From Balanoglossus misakiensis (Eukaryota > Animalia > Hemichordata), in NCBI GenBank assembly GCA_040954595.2, contig CM082589.2:5949186-6013185 (forward strand): a stretch of DNA of 64,000 nt, given 5' to 3'. The notes beneath the pieces were generated by a model. It saw only the letters and a program-made list of their open reading frames with translations. It was not told the origin of the DNA and ran no database searches. Shown here piece by piece: positions 40,011-51,767 of this stretch. Position 1 is the stretch's first letter. Every line of letters begins with the position of its first letter. A program made the position numbers and the translations under genes.

Positions 40011-41192
40011 TCATCCAACTAGACGGGGATTAAGTTCCGTCTTTTCCAAAGGCACAACAAGACTTTTCCTCCTGTCCGTTAGTTCATCTTCGCTTGATAC
40101 ATTTGCGTATCCAAATAGTTGGAAAACTGACGGACAGAGCTCCTGGACCCTGACCGCCGCTTCAAAGGCGGCGTGTGTCCTCCACTTCTCTCCGTGGCCC
40201 TGCCACCAGTCGTCCGACTCTATCCGGCCGCGGGTCTCGTCATCCAGCGAGAGTCCCACAAACTTGAACAGTTTAGTCACGAACGTCAGCGGCCTGTCCA
40301 CCAAGTCCTCGTAACGCACCAAGAGGTACTGTTTCCGCATCCACTCCGGACCTCGGTCGACGGATAAATAGTTATCCTCAAGCCACTTGCAGTAGTCTGT
40401 GATGATTTTCTCAAGTCTGTTATCGATGACGTCTTGGTTTTTCTTTCTGGAACTGCTGATCAGGCGTTGCATGTTCCCCCGAGACAGCATCATGGCCCTG
40501 GGGTCCCTCACAACGTGAATGACCCGCACATCATGCTCCTTCAAGGCGGACTCGGCCAGAGCAATGTTGTTCAACCTGACCGTTTTCACCACAACGTGCT
40601 TCTTCTGACGACATATCCGGATTAAATCTTCTTCCCGAATCGGAGGGGAAACACCCGCCAGAGCTTTGCTGTTGAGATGCATAAACTTGTGACGGTTTAG
40701 ACTCCTGGTGTAGAAACTTTTCCCTCTAAAGCTGCAGTTGTAAATACTGTGCAAAAAGCTGACCAAATCGGGACGGATAGTCTCGAGAGATTTGAAACTG
40801 TCGGCGTACAGATCCAGGTGTTTTTCTTCAACGATCATGTGACCAGGCTCGTACACGTAGAAGAAATCTTGGAGATTATTGAAGAGTCCTCCGGTCACAC
40901 TCGAGCCCGTCCTCATGCGAGCGTGAACGAGGATGTGAATGTTTTTGTCCTCTGGCGACGGCGCAACAGTTACGCCGCTTTCTTGCGTGGTTGCGTTGTT
41001 TTGGTGGATTGTCTTGGACTGGGAAACAACCGAAGAAACTGGCTTCTCAGACGGACGCTTGGTCAACTTTTTGTCCGTCGCGTCGACGTAGAAAATTTTA
41101 TCATTGGAGAGGTCCTTCACCCGACGTGACAGATAAACCACAAGCAAAATAAAAGCAAGAAAGACAAGTCCAAGTCGGTAGTGGAACTTCAT
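40011..41192 (-). CDS. Golgi type II carbohydrate 6-O-sulfotransferase (CHST1/3/4/5-like), single coding exon
   Basis: N-terminal TM (MKFHYRLGLVFLAFILLVVYL), Ser/Thr-rich stem, 5'-PSB ARMRTGSSVTG, FYVYEP, VVKTVRL, 3'-PB VIHVVRDPRAMMLSR, YLLVRYEDLV. The ORF is open from 41252; splice acceptor at ~41256. Confidence 0.92.
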   Translation of the reverse strand: MKFHYRLGLVFLAFILLVVYLSRRVKDLSNDKIFYVDATDKKLTKRPSEKPVSSVVSQSKTIHQNNATTQESGVTVAPSPEDKNIHILVHARMRTGSSVTGGLFNNLQDFFYVYEPGHMIVEEKHLDLYADSFKSLETIRPDLVSFLHSIYNCSFRGKSFYTRSLNRHKFMHLNSKALAGVSPPIREEDLIRICRQKKHVVVKTVRLNNIALAESALKEHDVRVIHVVRDPRAMMLSRGNMQRLISSSRKKNQDVIDNRLEKIITDYCKWLEDNYLSVDRGPEWMRKQYLLVRYEDLVDRPLTFVTKLFKFVGLSLDDETRGRIESDDWWQGHGEKWRTHAAFEAAVRVQELCPSVFQLFGYANVSSEDELTDRRKSLVVPLEKTELNPRLVG

Positions 41193-44100
41193 AACGACCT
41201 TTACTTTCCTCGCGGCGGGGGTTGCGTGTAATATGACGGTGTGCATGTGCATGTACCTGGGGGGAAATCACAACAGAACGAATTCATGATGATGACACAC
41301 ACAGCTGGTGTATTGGTACGAGGCAAATATTCTGGGTTGAGGTTGTACAGATAAGTACCTTTACTGATAAATAAATCCTGGTCGTCCCATGCATTAGCTA
41401 TATATAAAAATTTTGAAGACTGACATTGGTGTAATTTTGGAATACAACTACCACGATCCCGGCGTGCCAAACGGCCACACATGTAATCTGAAACAACGTG
41501 TGATGTCCAAGGCCTAGTTATACAGTACGGCTTTACCATGGAGGTACTCGTACCTCCATGGGCTTTACCATGTGTTTGATTTCGACCCATTTTTTTCACC
41601 TAGCATACACCAAGACGGATGAAACCAGGTCACGGGTGGTTCTGATAAGGATAAGCCCGGAAAGAGATAGAGCAAATGTCGGCATAACAGGTTGCATAAA
41701 CTCACGGTGATTCGAGGAACCGTGATAAACTGTAGCCTAACTGATAAAGCCGTTTTCCATGGCACGACGTGGCCATACACACACACTTTGCGCAATAATA
41801 AATCATATTGCCCACCTCTATATGGATACAACACCGGCAACGTTTTTCACGTGGACTAGACGTTTCTGTGAGGAAAAGTAGGCTTTTCAGTTGCTTGGGC
41901 GGTCACGTGTGTACCACTGAGAGTTGTCCACATATGGTATACTGCAAAATCTTCAATCCTGATATTTGCGTGTCAACCGATTGATTCCCGATCGCCTCCG
42001 ACAGAATCAAAATACCTTATCTGATTTTCGGTTACATAATGTTTGCTCGCCATACAAGTGCTTGTGTTCGGAATGGGTAAAGCTCGCCCTGCTAGAATGC
42101 GGCTACATCCCTTCACGAAATTCACGTTTCAACCGCCACCATTTGTGACTCAGATTGGAGCGAGGACGCAATAAAATGTTCAGTAAACCAAAATGGTATC
42201 GAGTGAATCATACTTCACCTGGGACGAGAACACCTGTCGAAAGCAGGTTGTCTGGTGCAGACCAGTTTTCAGGTCATTCTGATCTCTATCGGTTTGTTTG
42301 TCTGTCTGTATGTCTGTCTGTCTCTATGCGTCCGTCGTAGTAGTTCAAGCACGCGAAGGTTGGCAGGTTTGTTCAAACCGCATCATACGGATACTCATGT
42401 ATTCCCTGCTCTAACAAATAGTACACTTCAACACGTATCCAAATCATAATACCTTCTCACATAATACCCAAGATAATGTTCAGAAGACAGCGAATTGAAA
42501 CCACACCGTTATCATTAAATTAAAAGCCAGAGATTGTGTTAGGACTCGTTGCAGAGAATGTCTATGGCGTGTGCTTCAACATTCTACCTGCTCCTGCACG
42601 GCGAATGATAATGGTATTCGTGACCCTGACCTATATATAGGCTGGATCACCGTAATGTTAAAAAATGGGTCGTAAAATTAACAGACACTCACTTAACAAA
42701 TCTTGCGTGTGCGTATCCGTATGTACTAGTATGTTTGGTAATATCGCAATGTGAACCCACGGTGCATAGGGATATCCCGATAAGTGCAAACAAGCTAGCC
42801 GGCAATTGTATCGCAAACCGGTGATATTTTTTTACGATATTAAACGTTCTTCATGAAATCGGCGTTAACAACGGAAACATGTTTCAAACAAATGTTATCT
42901 AACATTCCACCACGTGAGAGAGAGAGAGAGAGAGAGAAAAACGCCAGCAAGAAGTGGAAATGTAATGGCACCCATCGACATTTCGAAACCTGTTTGCATT
43001 CAACACGGAATCATGCGATTAATCAATATACGATGCAGTGAGCAAATTTTTTCACGTTCGATGTCAAATGCGTCTGCATATAAACAGATTAAGCTGTGCA
43101 TACACTGGAATGAATGTGCCGGAAACGAGATTTTGGCTCGTCTTTTAAGCAACCTGGTATAATTATATACTAGGTGGGCGATCAAAGCAATGAAAATTGA
43201 AGAATAAAGTACGGAAGGACAGACAACTCGTGAAAACGTTCCTTACCCACTCAATCTTTAACAGCGGCAGGTCGTTGCTGATTTTATCGGTGATTTTTAT
43301 TCACTTGCCCGGGGAGACGGGTAAGGTAAAACGCTTCTAATCACCGACCGCGGTCATCTTTTCCACCGTTGACACCCGCCAAAGACTCGCCGTATGTGTC
43401 TCTCTCTTAAAAGATGAACATAAACCGAGTTTTCCTTACGGATCTTCAACTTCGTCAATATCGCTTCATCCTCGCGGGTTTCTAGTACATGTAGTACCAA
43501 TGCAATGTTCGTTTATCATTTCACTATTTCAAAAAGCTTCTTCCAGGTCGTATCCCCGGTGCCATGGCAACAACCTTGCTGTTTAAAACGACGAATGGCC
43601 TCGGGGGTTGCGCCGAGATTCGCGCTTCCGTGCAAAACGTCGGCTGTTGGCGGAACAATGCAAGTTTCAACCCCTTGCGTACACTGAAACACCGCGAAAT
43701 GAGTATATGCCCCGATTTAGCCGATGGGCTCTTCCTGCGCATGTGCAACGCAATACGACCAATTCAATTATTATTGGTTTGCCTGCTGTCCACGTGTATT
43801 TTCTTTTCACTTGACGAATGCTCACGTGATGTTGGAGTATTTCTGCTTCGCCTCAACGATCCTCTTAAGTCCATAACATGATGATGACGTTTTCAAAGGT
43901 GAAGATATACGTCATCAGGCACAGACTGTGGCTTGCTTTGTACAAAATGAAAAAGAAAAAATCAGCTTCTGTGCAATAGCCTCCATATGGAGTCAACATA
44001 TTAATAATGAGAATTCTTATGTTTTCTTCAAACAGTGAAATTCCTATTTGGACTAATGGGGGATGTCGTGTTGTTTTAAAAAAAAAAACTTAAAACAGCA

Positions 44101-47100
44101 ATTTTAGTGAGTTTACGATGATTGAACGACGCTGTGGTGAAGATTCTTCTATTTATCCTCATTGTCTCATTGGCAGAGACATTTTTGACGAGATTATCAC
44201 AAGGAACGTGATTTTTTCTTGTTTTCTTTTTGCAATACACAAAAACAACTCGTGGAAACGTTGAGTCATGGATTATCGACCCTGGAAGTTTTTGTGTCTG
44301 TGACGTGTAGATATATGGAGTTAAGGGGTCGAAGCTGCAGTTGTCGAAATATTTTTAGATTTGTATTCAAGCATCAATTGTTTAGCCTAATCTTTTATTA
44401 AATTAAATATAACTGATCTCTGTTGAGAGTGGGATACAGGCCTTTCAGAAGGCGAAAAATAGTACAACGTCGTGAATCATTGCTTTGCGTTATCAGTGGG
44501 CCCCTCTCTGTGAAATTGCGACGTCACTAGAGATGAGACGCTGCTTGTGAATGACAACAAATCGTCAGTGTCGGAAAATGTGTTTGTGAGTTTTATTCAG
44601 ATCCCATACAGTTGTCTATAATATCCAAATGCTGCCACGTTTCAATTTAACGGATGTGTCAAAACGCCGGCGGATATCGTAAAACTTGGAGACGATCTGA
44701 AATTAAAACTAAACACGTTTTAATTTCCATTGGAATGTGTCTATTCTTCCTGGACAGCACTCATGGCATACGTTTCTTTCCACCCGAGGGGCTGTGAGTC
44801 GCCCGAAAACTGTCTGTTCCCCGAGCAGCAAAACGTGCCCCTGACTGAGATAGCCAGGGTAACCATTACCTAGGTATTGCTGGGTCATCAGAAGGCATTT
44901 GTGGCGCCAAAAAAGCTTTGTGAGACTCTATTCGCTGGAACCAGTTTATGGTGAAATCTATACAATTGGGTGAGCAGGCGTTTACATGATGTACCATCTG
45001 ACGCACATGGATAATCGCAACCAAACGATCTGATGTAGATCAAAGTAACCATTATGTCGTAGATTGAGTTACCCTCTCTCAAGAAACCCATTAACTATTA
45101 GAATTAAGTGAAAGATAATCTTAATTTTGCGTTCTGGGCCATTAAACTCCATTCCTGGCGTTTTCAATAAGAAAATCGCTGCTCAGGAAACCGTTAATCC
45201 AGAAGAAGCTATTTACAGGACCTGGCGACATCTGCCTCTTTTGCTCTCTCTCTCTCTCTCTGTGTCTAAAGTGATGCACTCAAACACTTGACAAGCACCG
45301 GGAAAAGTCTGTGCGAAAAACCTAAATGTAACTTTTCAGTTACACTTGAAGCCTACGTGCGACCTTGTATGTTTCCTCGTTCATATTCAGTACTCGTCCG
45401 GGCATTCAAACGGTAAGGAGGCGCAGTGAACAAGCATTGCGTCTCTCTCGTTATCATGAACTGTCGAGAGAGACGACATGTCAGGAATTGACTAACCCAT
45501 GTCAGCGAAATAGTGTCTTTCACGTGCACTTCAACAGACAGCTTTCAAGTTTGCAGTGTTTTTTTTTTCGTTTCAACGATCTGTTTTGCGTATCGAATTT
45601 TTAGACTTTGCTGAGATTGTTAAACTCAGTTCCATTTTTCACAACATCTGCTTCTTCGCCAATGAAAAAATAATAGAATAAAATAGAATACAGCTGTTTG
45701 TTTCTTAACTTTATATTAGAGAGTCATTCACCCGTCTCTGATCATCTACAGATGAGCAGGTGTTAGCTTGACCTTAGGGATCAAATCGTAAAATCGTTTT
45801 CGCTAACAACGTAAGTCATTAAACTGCACGTCTGAAGAAAAAAACAACAGTATGGCGGCGGATGTTTATCTTTCAACCTGTTCCCTCAAGACGTCTATCT
45901 TCACAGAAACCGGTCTCTAAAATAATGCGCGGTTCCTCATCACATGCATCATGCCCATCTTCCCAAAATTTCATTATAATGGCGCGCGCGTCCGCGGGGA
46001 AAGGGTCGAGGATTTACCAGACAGGATACATTCCTTGTCGGTTTTCCATCGCGTTGCCATGGTTATCCTCACTTAAACGTTCGCTGGCGCGGAAACCTGA
46101 GGATCGATAGCCCGCCGCCTGTCTATCGGACTATCGATCACATTCAATTTGCAATTACTGGAACATGGGTTTCAGCTTGATAATGCGTCACCCCTGACGC
46201 TGCTAGGCGATTCGCGGCTTCATCGCGCGCAACGGAATCACGCGTATGGATTCTAAAACCCTGAGGTGCAAACCGGAAGCGAGTACCACAAATGAGTGCC
46301 ACGGAATATGCAAATCGCCCCTTCTGAGCTCTGTGTCCATGTCGATATTTCATCTGCCATAGTGCTGCATCGATTTGCTAGATTATTGTCTCTTTAAATT
46401 GAGATTATAATTTGGGAGGTCACAGTTCACAATTTTGGTCCAGAGAGCAAAATGTTATCAAATTGTCTCAAATTCGTGATTCAAAATGGCTGCCAATCTC
46501 TGTGTCTAAAGTATATAGAGAACGTTTACAGCCACCTTCATGAACACAAGATTGTGAACGTTCACCCAGTTTTCTACTTTGTCTTTCAAAACGACTCAAT
46601 GAATTGGGTGGTCTGGCGGACTATCAATTTTAATATAATCTATCCCCGAGGCGAGTTCTACCTTAACAAACCTATAAAAACACCTTTATGATTTCGGGGA
46701 TTTTCTCGTTTCCCTCGATGAAAAGAAATGTCAAAAGATATACACATTGAGAGACAACACGTCCCCTATAAACCTACTCCTGAAAATACTTGTAAAATGA
46801 ATTGCGACACAGGAGATAAAAAGAGCGCTGCATGTGTAGTACTTTTCTTTTGTAGTCTGCCGACTGGTTGCCAGTAATTCGTTTGAGAGACCCATTCAAT
46901 CGATGTAATGCGTCTAATGGATTGCGGGAAGATTTTACTTCCCGCAATCCCACAAGCCCCCGCGTATCTGTGCCTATATGCCTCAGACGCGACCATCATA
47001 ATCAGCACAGAAATGACGGCGGATGTGTTTGTTCGTTGAAAACGCGACTGCTTTGGTAGTCTATGCGATAACATCGTACTCTGATGTCTACGCTTCGGGG

Positions 47101-47788
47101 GAATATTTGTGATCACCCCTCACCAACATATACACTTATGTTGGGTGGGATGGGTATGGCACAATTCTCACTACATTAAATAGGGTTTTGCTACCTAGGT
47201 GAGTGATGAAAATCTCGCATGCTCGACACAATTTCAAGATGGCCGATTTTTTGCCATGTTCAAAAAATGGAAGTTCACAAGCTAGAGTGATACTGGGTGG
47301 GTTATTGTGAACATTTTTAACATCTGTGGAAATTATGCAAGAAAGTGAAACCGTGTTAAAGCGTAGGCAGAATTTTACTGGTTAGTGAATACACGTGAAT
47401 ACACCTTGGTGAAAACATGAAAATACGCTCGCCGCCTTTGTTACCTACAGTAGCAACATTTTTCGCATTCATGCGAGGGCGTTGTTTTTCTATACCTTCG
47501 ACAATCACGTCATTCCCGCAGAAGCCTGGATGAAGCCCGTCTGTTTACAGCTAATGCGCGTTGGTCTCTTACATTCATGTCTTGTTCCTATACTTGTGCG
47601 AGATTAAGGTGTATAAAATCGTCGCAATCACGCCACGTGTCTTTAAATAGTAGAAAGTGGTGTAAATGACAGACAAGAAAAACAAACACCTTGATCCATG
47701 ACAACTGTTTCAAAAGTCCTCTAGCAAAAACTTTCTTCAAGAACGGGGTCATTCGTCTTCCCGTGGGCGTATCGTGCCGCCACTTTCC

Positions 47789-50299
47789 TCAACAGTCGTG
47801 ACCGACACGTTTCAAAGATGCCAGGCCATAACAGCTCCCTTCGTCGACCCACTTCCTATCGATGGCCAAACCGGCATTTTCGATGAAATCTTCCAATTGT
47901 TGCCAGCTCCATTTCACGGTCATGCTGCCTGGATTGTGCAGGTAAATGATCTCATCCTTCAGAATCTGAATGGTCTTATCGACGGCACCTGTAAATATAC
48001 AAAATGCATATTTGGGAATGATCATATGTCGACCAAATTTCCCAAGCCAGTTCGGGTAAACCCAAATTGTATGCAGATGCACGACTGAAAGAAGATGTAG
48101 TACCGCCCAGCGAAGATGCGGAGAGCACAGTGACTTACCGAGATTTACCGTCTGGTCACACTTACTCCGGAAGCCGACGTTCACGAACTGAGGTCTCTTA
48201 ATTTTGCACATTTCCCCGTCAAGGACAATGTACTTGAAAAAATAGTCAAACTTCTCGCGCTCAAAGTTGGCTTGGAAGTCGCTGTTCAGTCGGGTAAGCA
48301 CGTTCCAGTTGAAGTTGGCCCAGGTTTCGTGACAATAGGCTCTCTTGACAGCCTCTCCGTCTTGGGTGATGTCCACGCCCACTACAAATCTGTCGTTGGG
48401 CCCTACCAAGGTAGATATGAAAGATTCTGTGATTTCGATCATAGACCCTGGAGAGAAAGGGACAAACGACGGCGGCTGTTCGTTTGAAGCAGCGTCTGTC
48501 AACCCCTATTATATGAGAATAAAAACTCGCCCAAAATGAATAAATGGTAGCAACCAATTATTATATTCATTTTTGCAAGATTTTCACTCTCACGTTTTCA
48601 AGCGGGATGGAAGTTGTATGTGGTCAAACGTTGGTTCACTGTATATCCACATGTACATTAACATAAACGGTATCTTGTATCAAACATAATTAATGGAAAA
48701 AAGGGGAAGCGAGAGATAGAATTTATCCCTTTAACTTTTTAAGGAAGCGAGTATCCAACAACACAATCGTAACGAGACATTTTTAAATTTTGCTCTGTTG
48801 TTTAAATCTGTAGTCCTTTTCTGGCGCAAGGAAAGGACGTCGACCTACCAGTCAGAGTATCCCTAACTGTTTGCAGAAATGGTAACATATCCTTCATTGC
48901 TATCGTACTAAAGGTGTTTCCAAAATTCGTTATCAGCTTCGTTCCCGGAATATCCTGAAGGTATTTCAGACCATACTCAAAATCACCGGCCACGGGGTGC
49001 ACGCTCAGTCCGTCGTGTTCGTTCATCAACCGTTCGGCGCTTTCTTCCAAGACTTCTGTAATTTATAGGAAGTAAAGAAAATGGTGCAATTAATAATGGA
49101 TTTTTATGAGACAGACAGACATGAAACTATCATGAATTGGTTCATAATCTCGGGACGAAGCTTATCCAACCACTGCCGCGTGACTACCAGGCTTGTATCC
49201 ATGGTTACTATTGGGCTCAGGCTTGTATTTATGGTTACCTTTTGTAGCGTCTACTGGGTAAAATCGACATGTCCCGTTTTTCCGCAGAAGTTCTTCTATC
49301 AGAATGGTGGTCTTACTGCTGTCACCGGCACCCAGGTCCGATATTATGGCATCCTTGCCGTAGAGGGAGACAATTTCACCTGTAATTGATAAAAGACTTG
49401 TTGGATTGTCCAAAAAGCATGTTAAGTTTTGCAAAGGTCATCTGTGGCCGAGGTAGGATAGGCCATGGTAACATGTCCTTTCAGTCATCAATACTTTGAC
49501 ATATATCACGTTGTGCAGACAAAAAAAAAATAATTAGATATTTTTTAAATGTGTGGTCTACACAGAAAATGTGCATATACATTGTATATAACTTGTATTG
49601 GGCGTACATGTAATTTTAATATTTATCATTAAGTTCGACATCGAAATATATTCAAATATGCAAATGATGGTTGAGCATGTTTAAACTGGCACGTGGCATG
49701 GATAGCGACGGCCCTTCCAGCCCAGCCCAGCGATATCTCGTAAATTAACTTACTTGAATATTTTCGCAATAAATCAGTCTCCACATGGTAGATATGGTAA
49801 TGTGGATTGTTGTGAGCAGATAGGTGGAAAAGTTCCGAGCCTTTCTTGTCATAATTATACCAATGGGGCGTGAACTTCGGCGTTGACAACAGCCCAGGTA
49901 AAATGGCGTCGAACAGGTGAGTTTTGCTTGCAGTCGTTGCCACAGCGGGCGCTGCCTGTGAGCAGATGGCACGTCATTAAAGTTAATTGAAACCAAAACA
50001 ATTGCACATTTCATTATTTCCCGTAAATAATTTGACACGGAGCATGTGTACACATGTTTACTGGGTCTTTTGGATTCTAGAGCGAATAAACATTAGTGAA
50101 ACTTCAAGAGGTTCACTGTATCAAACGTACACTGGTACGGAGATAACCGCAGTTACTGAAATACGAGAACGCAAAAATTAATCGTCGCGTAACAGTTGCC
50201 TCTTTTGATATCGCGAAAATAACCCGTTTTCCAAATATAAATTACCTTCCCAACAGTTGGTTGCGTGTTACTTAAGCTTGTATAATCATTGCAGTCCAT
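47789..50299 (-). CDS. EgtD/EasF-family (Methyltransf_33) histidine/aromatic amino acid N-alpha-methyltransferase-like, ~355 aa; exons 50246-50299, 49754-49955, 49239-49379, 48849-49055, 48139-48402, 47789-47988
   Basis: Spliced protein ..PGLLSTPKFTPHWYNYDKKGSELF..PHYHIYHVETDLLRKYSSEIV..ISDLGAGDSSKTTILIEEL..RFYPVDATKEVLEESAERL..VAGDFEYGL..NFGNTFST..FLQTVRDTLTGPNDRFVVGVDITQDGEAVKRAY..ANFNWNVLTRLNSDFQANFEREKF..KWSWQQLEDFIENAGL..WVDEGSCYGLASL. Colinear over its full length with recalled mycobacterial EgtD ([84 protein letters not shown]). All five introns are GT-AG and in phase. Confidence 0.9.
48510..48734. mobile_element. Partial copy of fold-back MITE family C in intron 4 of the EgtD-like gene
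   Basis: aaaactcgcccaaaatgaataaatggta...gggatggaagttgt...tatatccacatgta...ataattaatggaaaaaagg...tccctttaa matches 32875-33079. Confidence 0.8.
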
Positions 50300-51767
50300 C
50301 ACTTCGGTAGATTGGGCGGTTTCCTTTAGAGAAAGCAAAGTGAAGTTCTAGTCAAATGATTGAAGAATTCCACACTAGTGGAACGACACCCACAATTTTG
50401 GGCTTCAAAGTACAAACCGGGTGTCAAAAACAGCCAACGTTCCGATGGGTTAATTCACTTTCACTTCCTGCGCAAGCAGAAGACGCGAGTTGAAAATACT
50501 ACAGTGACAACATGTTCGCACAGAGGCAAAGACCTGCCACGCCGATTGGGTGTTTAGAGGAAACTTCAATCAAATTGGTCGTCGAGGTTTTGGAACTGAT
50601 TCCGATATAAGCACTCAAAGATTCTATTTTTAATTTGAGTAAAAAAAAACGTACCTTATTTTTGCTCTAGAAACACAGGGACTCAAGCAGACTGAATGTC
50701 TTGGCGTGCAGCTAGCTCAAGTTCTTCTGGTAGCCGCTGACAATGTGGGCCATTTATTTAGCCTACTCGAAATAATTAACATGTTACGCGAAATCACAAC
50801 CCTTTTTGGTGATAGTCATTGTTAAGTCGAATAACATGTCCAAACTAATTTTTTTTTAATAAACATTACTTACTGAACAATCTCTGTACATGTTAATTCC
50901 TGTCATTCCAAAGCAAGGTCAACATTTTATTTCTCTTTCGTTTCCCAATACACAGAGATCCGGGCTATTGTTTATTTCTACAGTGCCTATAGAATTGTTT
51001 ATCTCCTCAACATTGTCATCTGTGCATTGTTATTAATGACAAAATTTAAAATATCAAAGGTCGGTACGCATATACTTGACTTGTTGATGAGATGAACACT
51101 GCGCGTGTTTGGAAAATGTAAGGATAACAAGAAAATGTATAGTTGGTACATAAAATAAAAAAAACTACCGAAAATCACCCGGAGTTACAGATAGTGGATC
51201 TTAACAAGGTAGCGTACTAGTATATCGTCCATGAACGAGGTCGAAACTGATTTAGCCTTTTACGTTTTTCCCGAAGACAAAGATCTTCAATGTTGAATGG
51301 GTGCTTAGAGAATCATTCAAATAAAATGGTAGTTAATTGGTTGCGGAAGTGTTGCGATGCAGGTATTCATTCGGCATTCAACTCTGAATGCGGGCTTATG
51401 CCCGGATGTAACTACATTTAAAAGGTGTGAACTCGCCCGGATGGTGTGCAAAGTTTCACACGCTGTAGGTGTGTGACACCCATATGCATGAATAACAAGA
51501 TGGGGGGGGGATGTGGGGGGGGGGGAGGTAGTCATACAAGAGACTGGTCAATTCGTCATATTCAGGCTTTAGCCCTCCCCCTCCTCCCCTATTAGGAAAT
51601 TAATTAAAACAAGAAATGTGATCTATCATTAACTTTAACATTCAATATTCCAACACATCAGATATACACACCTCTGATACAAGAAAACCCACACATATCC
51701 GAATTAAGAAAACGTCGCAGAAAAATTGTAAAATTAAGTGGAAAAGAAAATCCATTTGCTGCAGTAA

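Noticed and set aside
40173-41129. Plus-strand ORFs within the sulfotransferase
   Set aside because: Antisense shadow of a GC-rich coding exon
47789-50299. EgtD-like gene as bacterial contamination, or as proof of ergothioneine biosynthesis
   Set aside because: Spliceosomal introns and a host MITE rule out contamination. No EgtB/Egt1 sulfoxide synthase or C-S lyase is in the window and key His-binding residues differ, so the pathway cannot be claimed.
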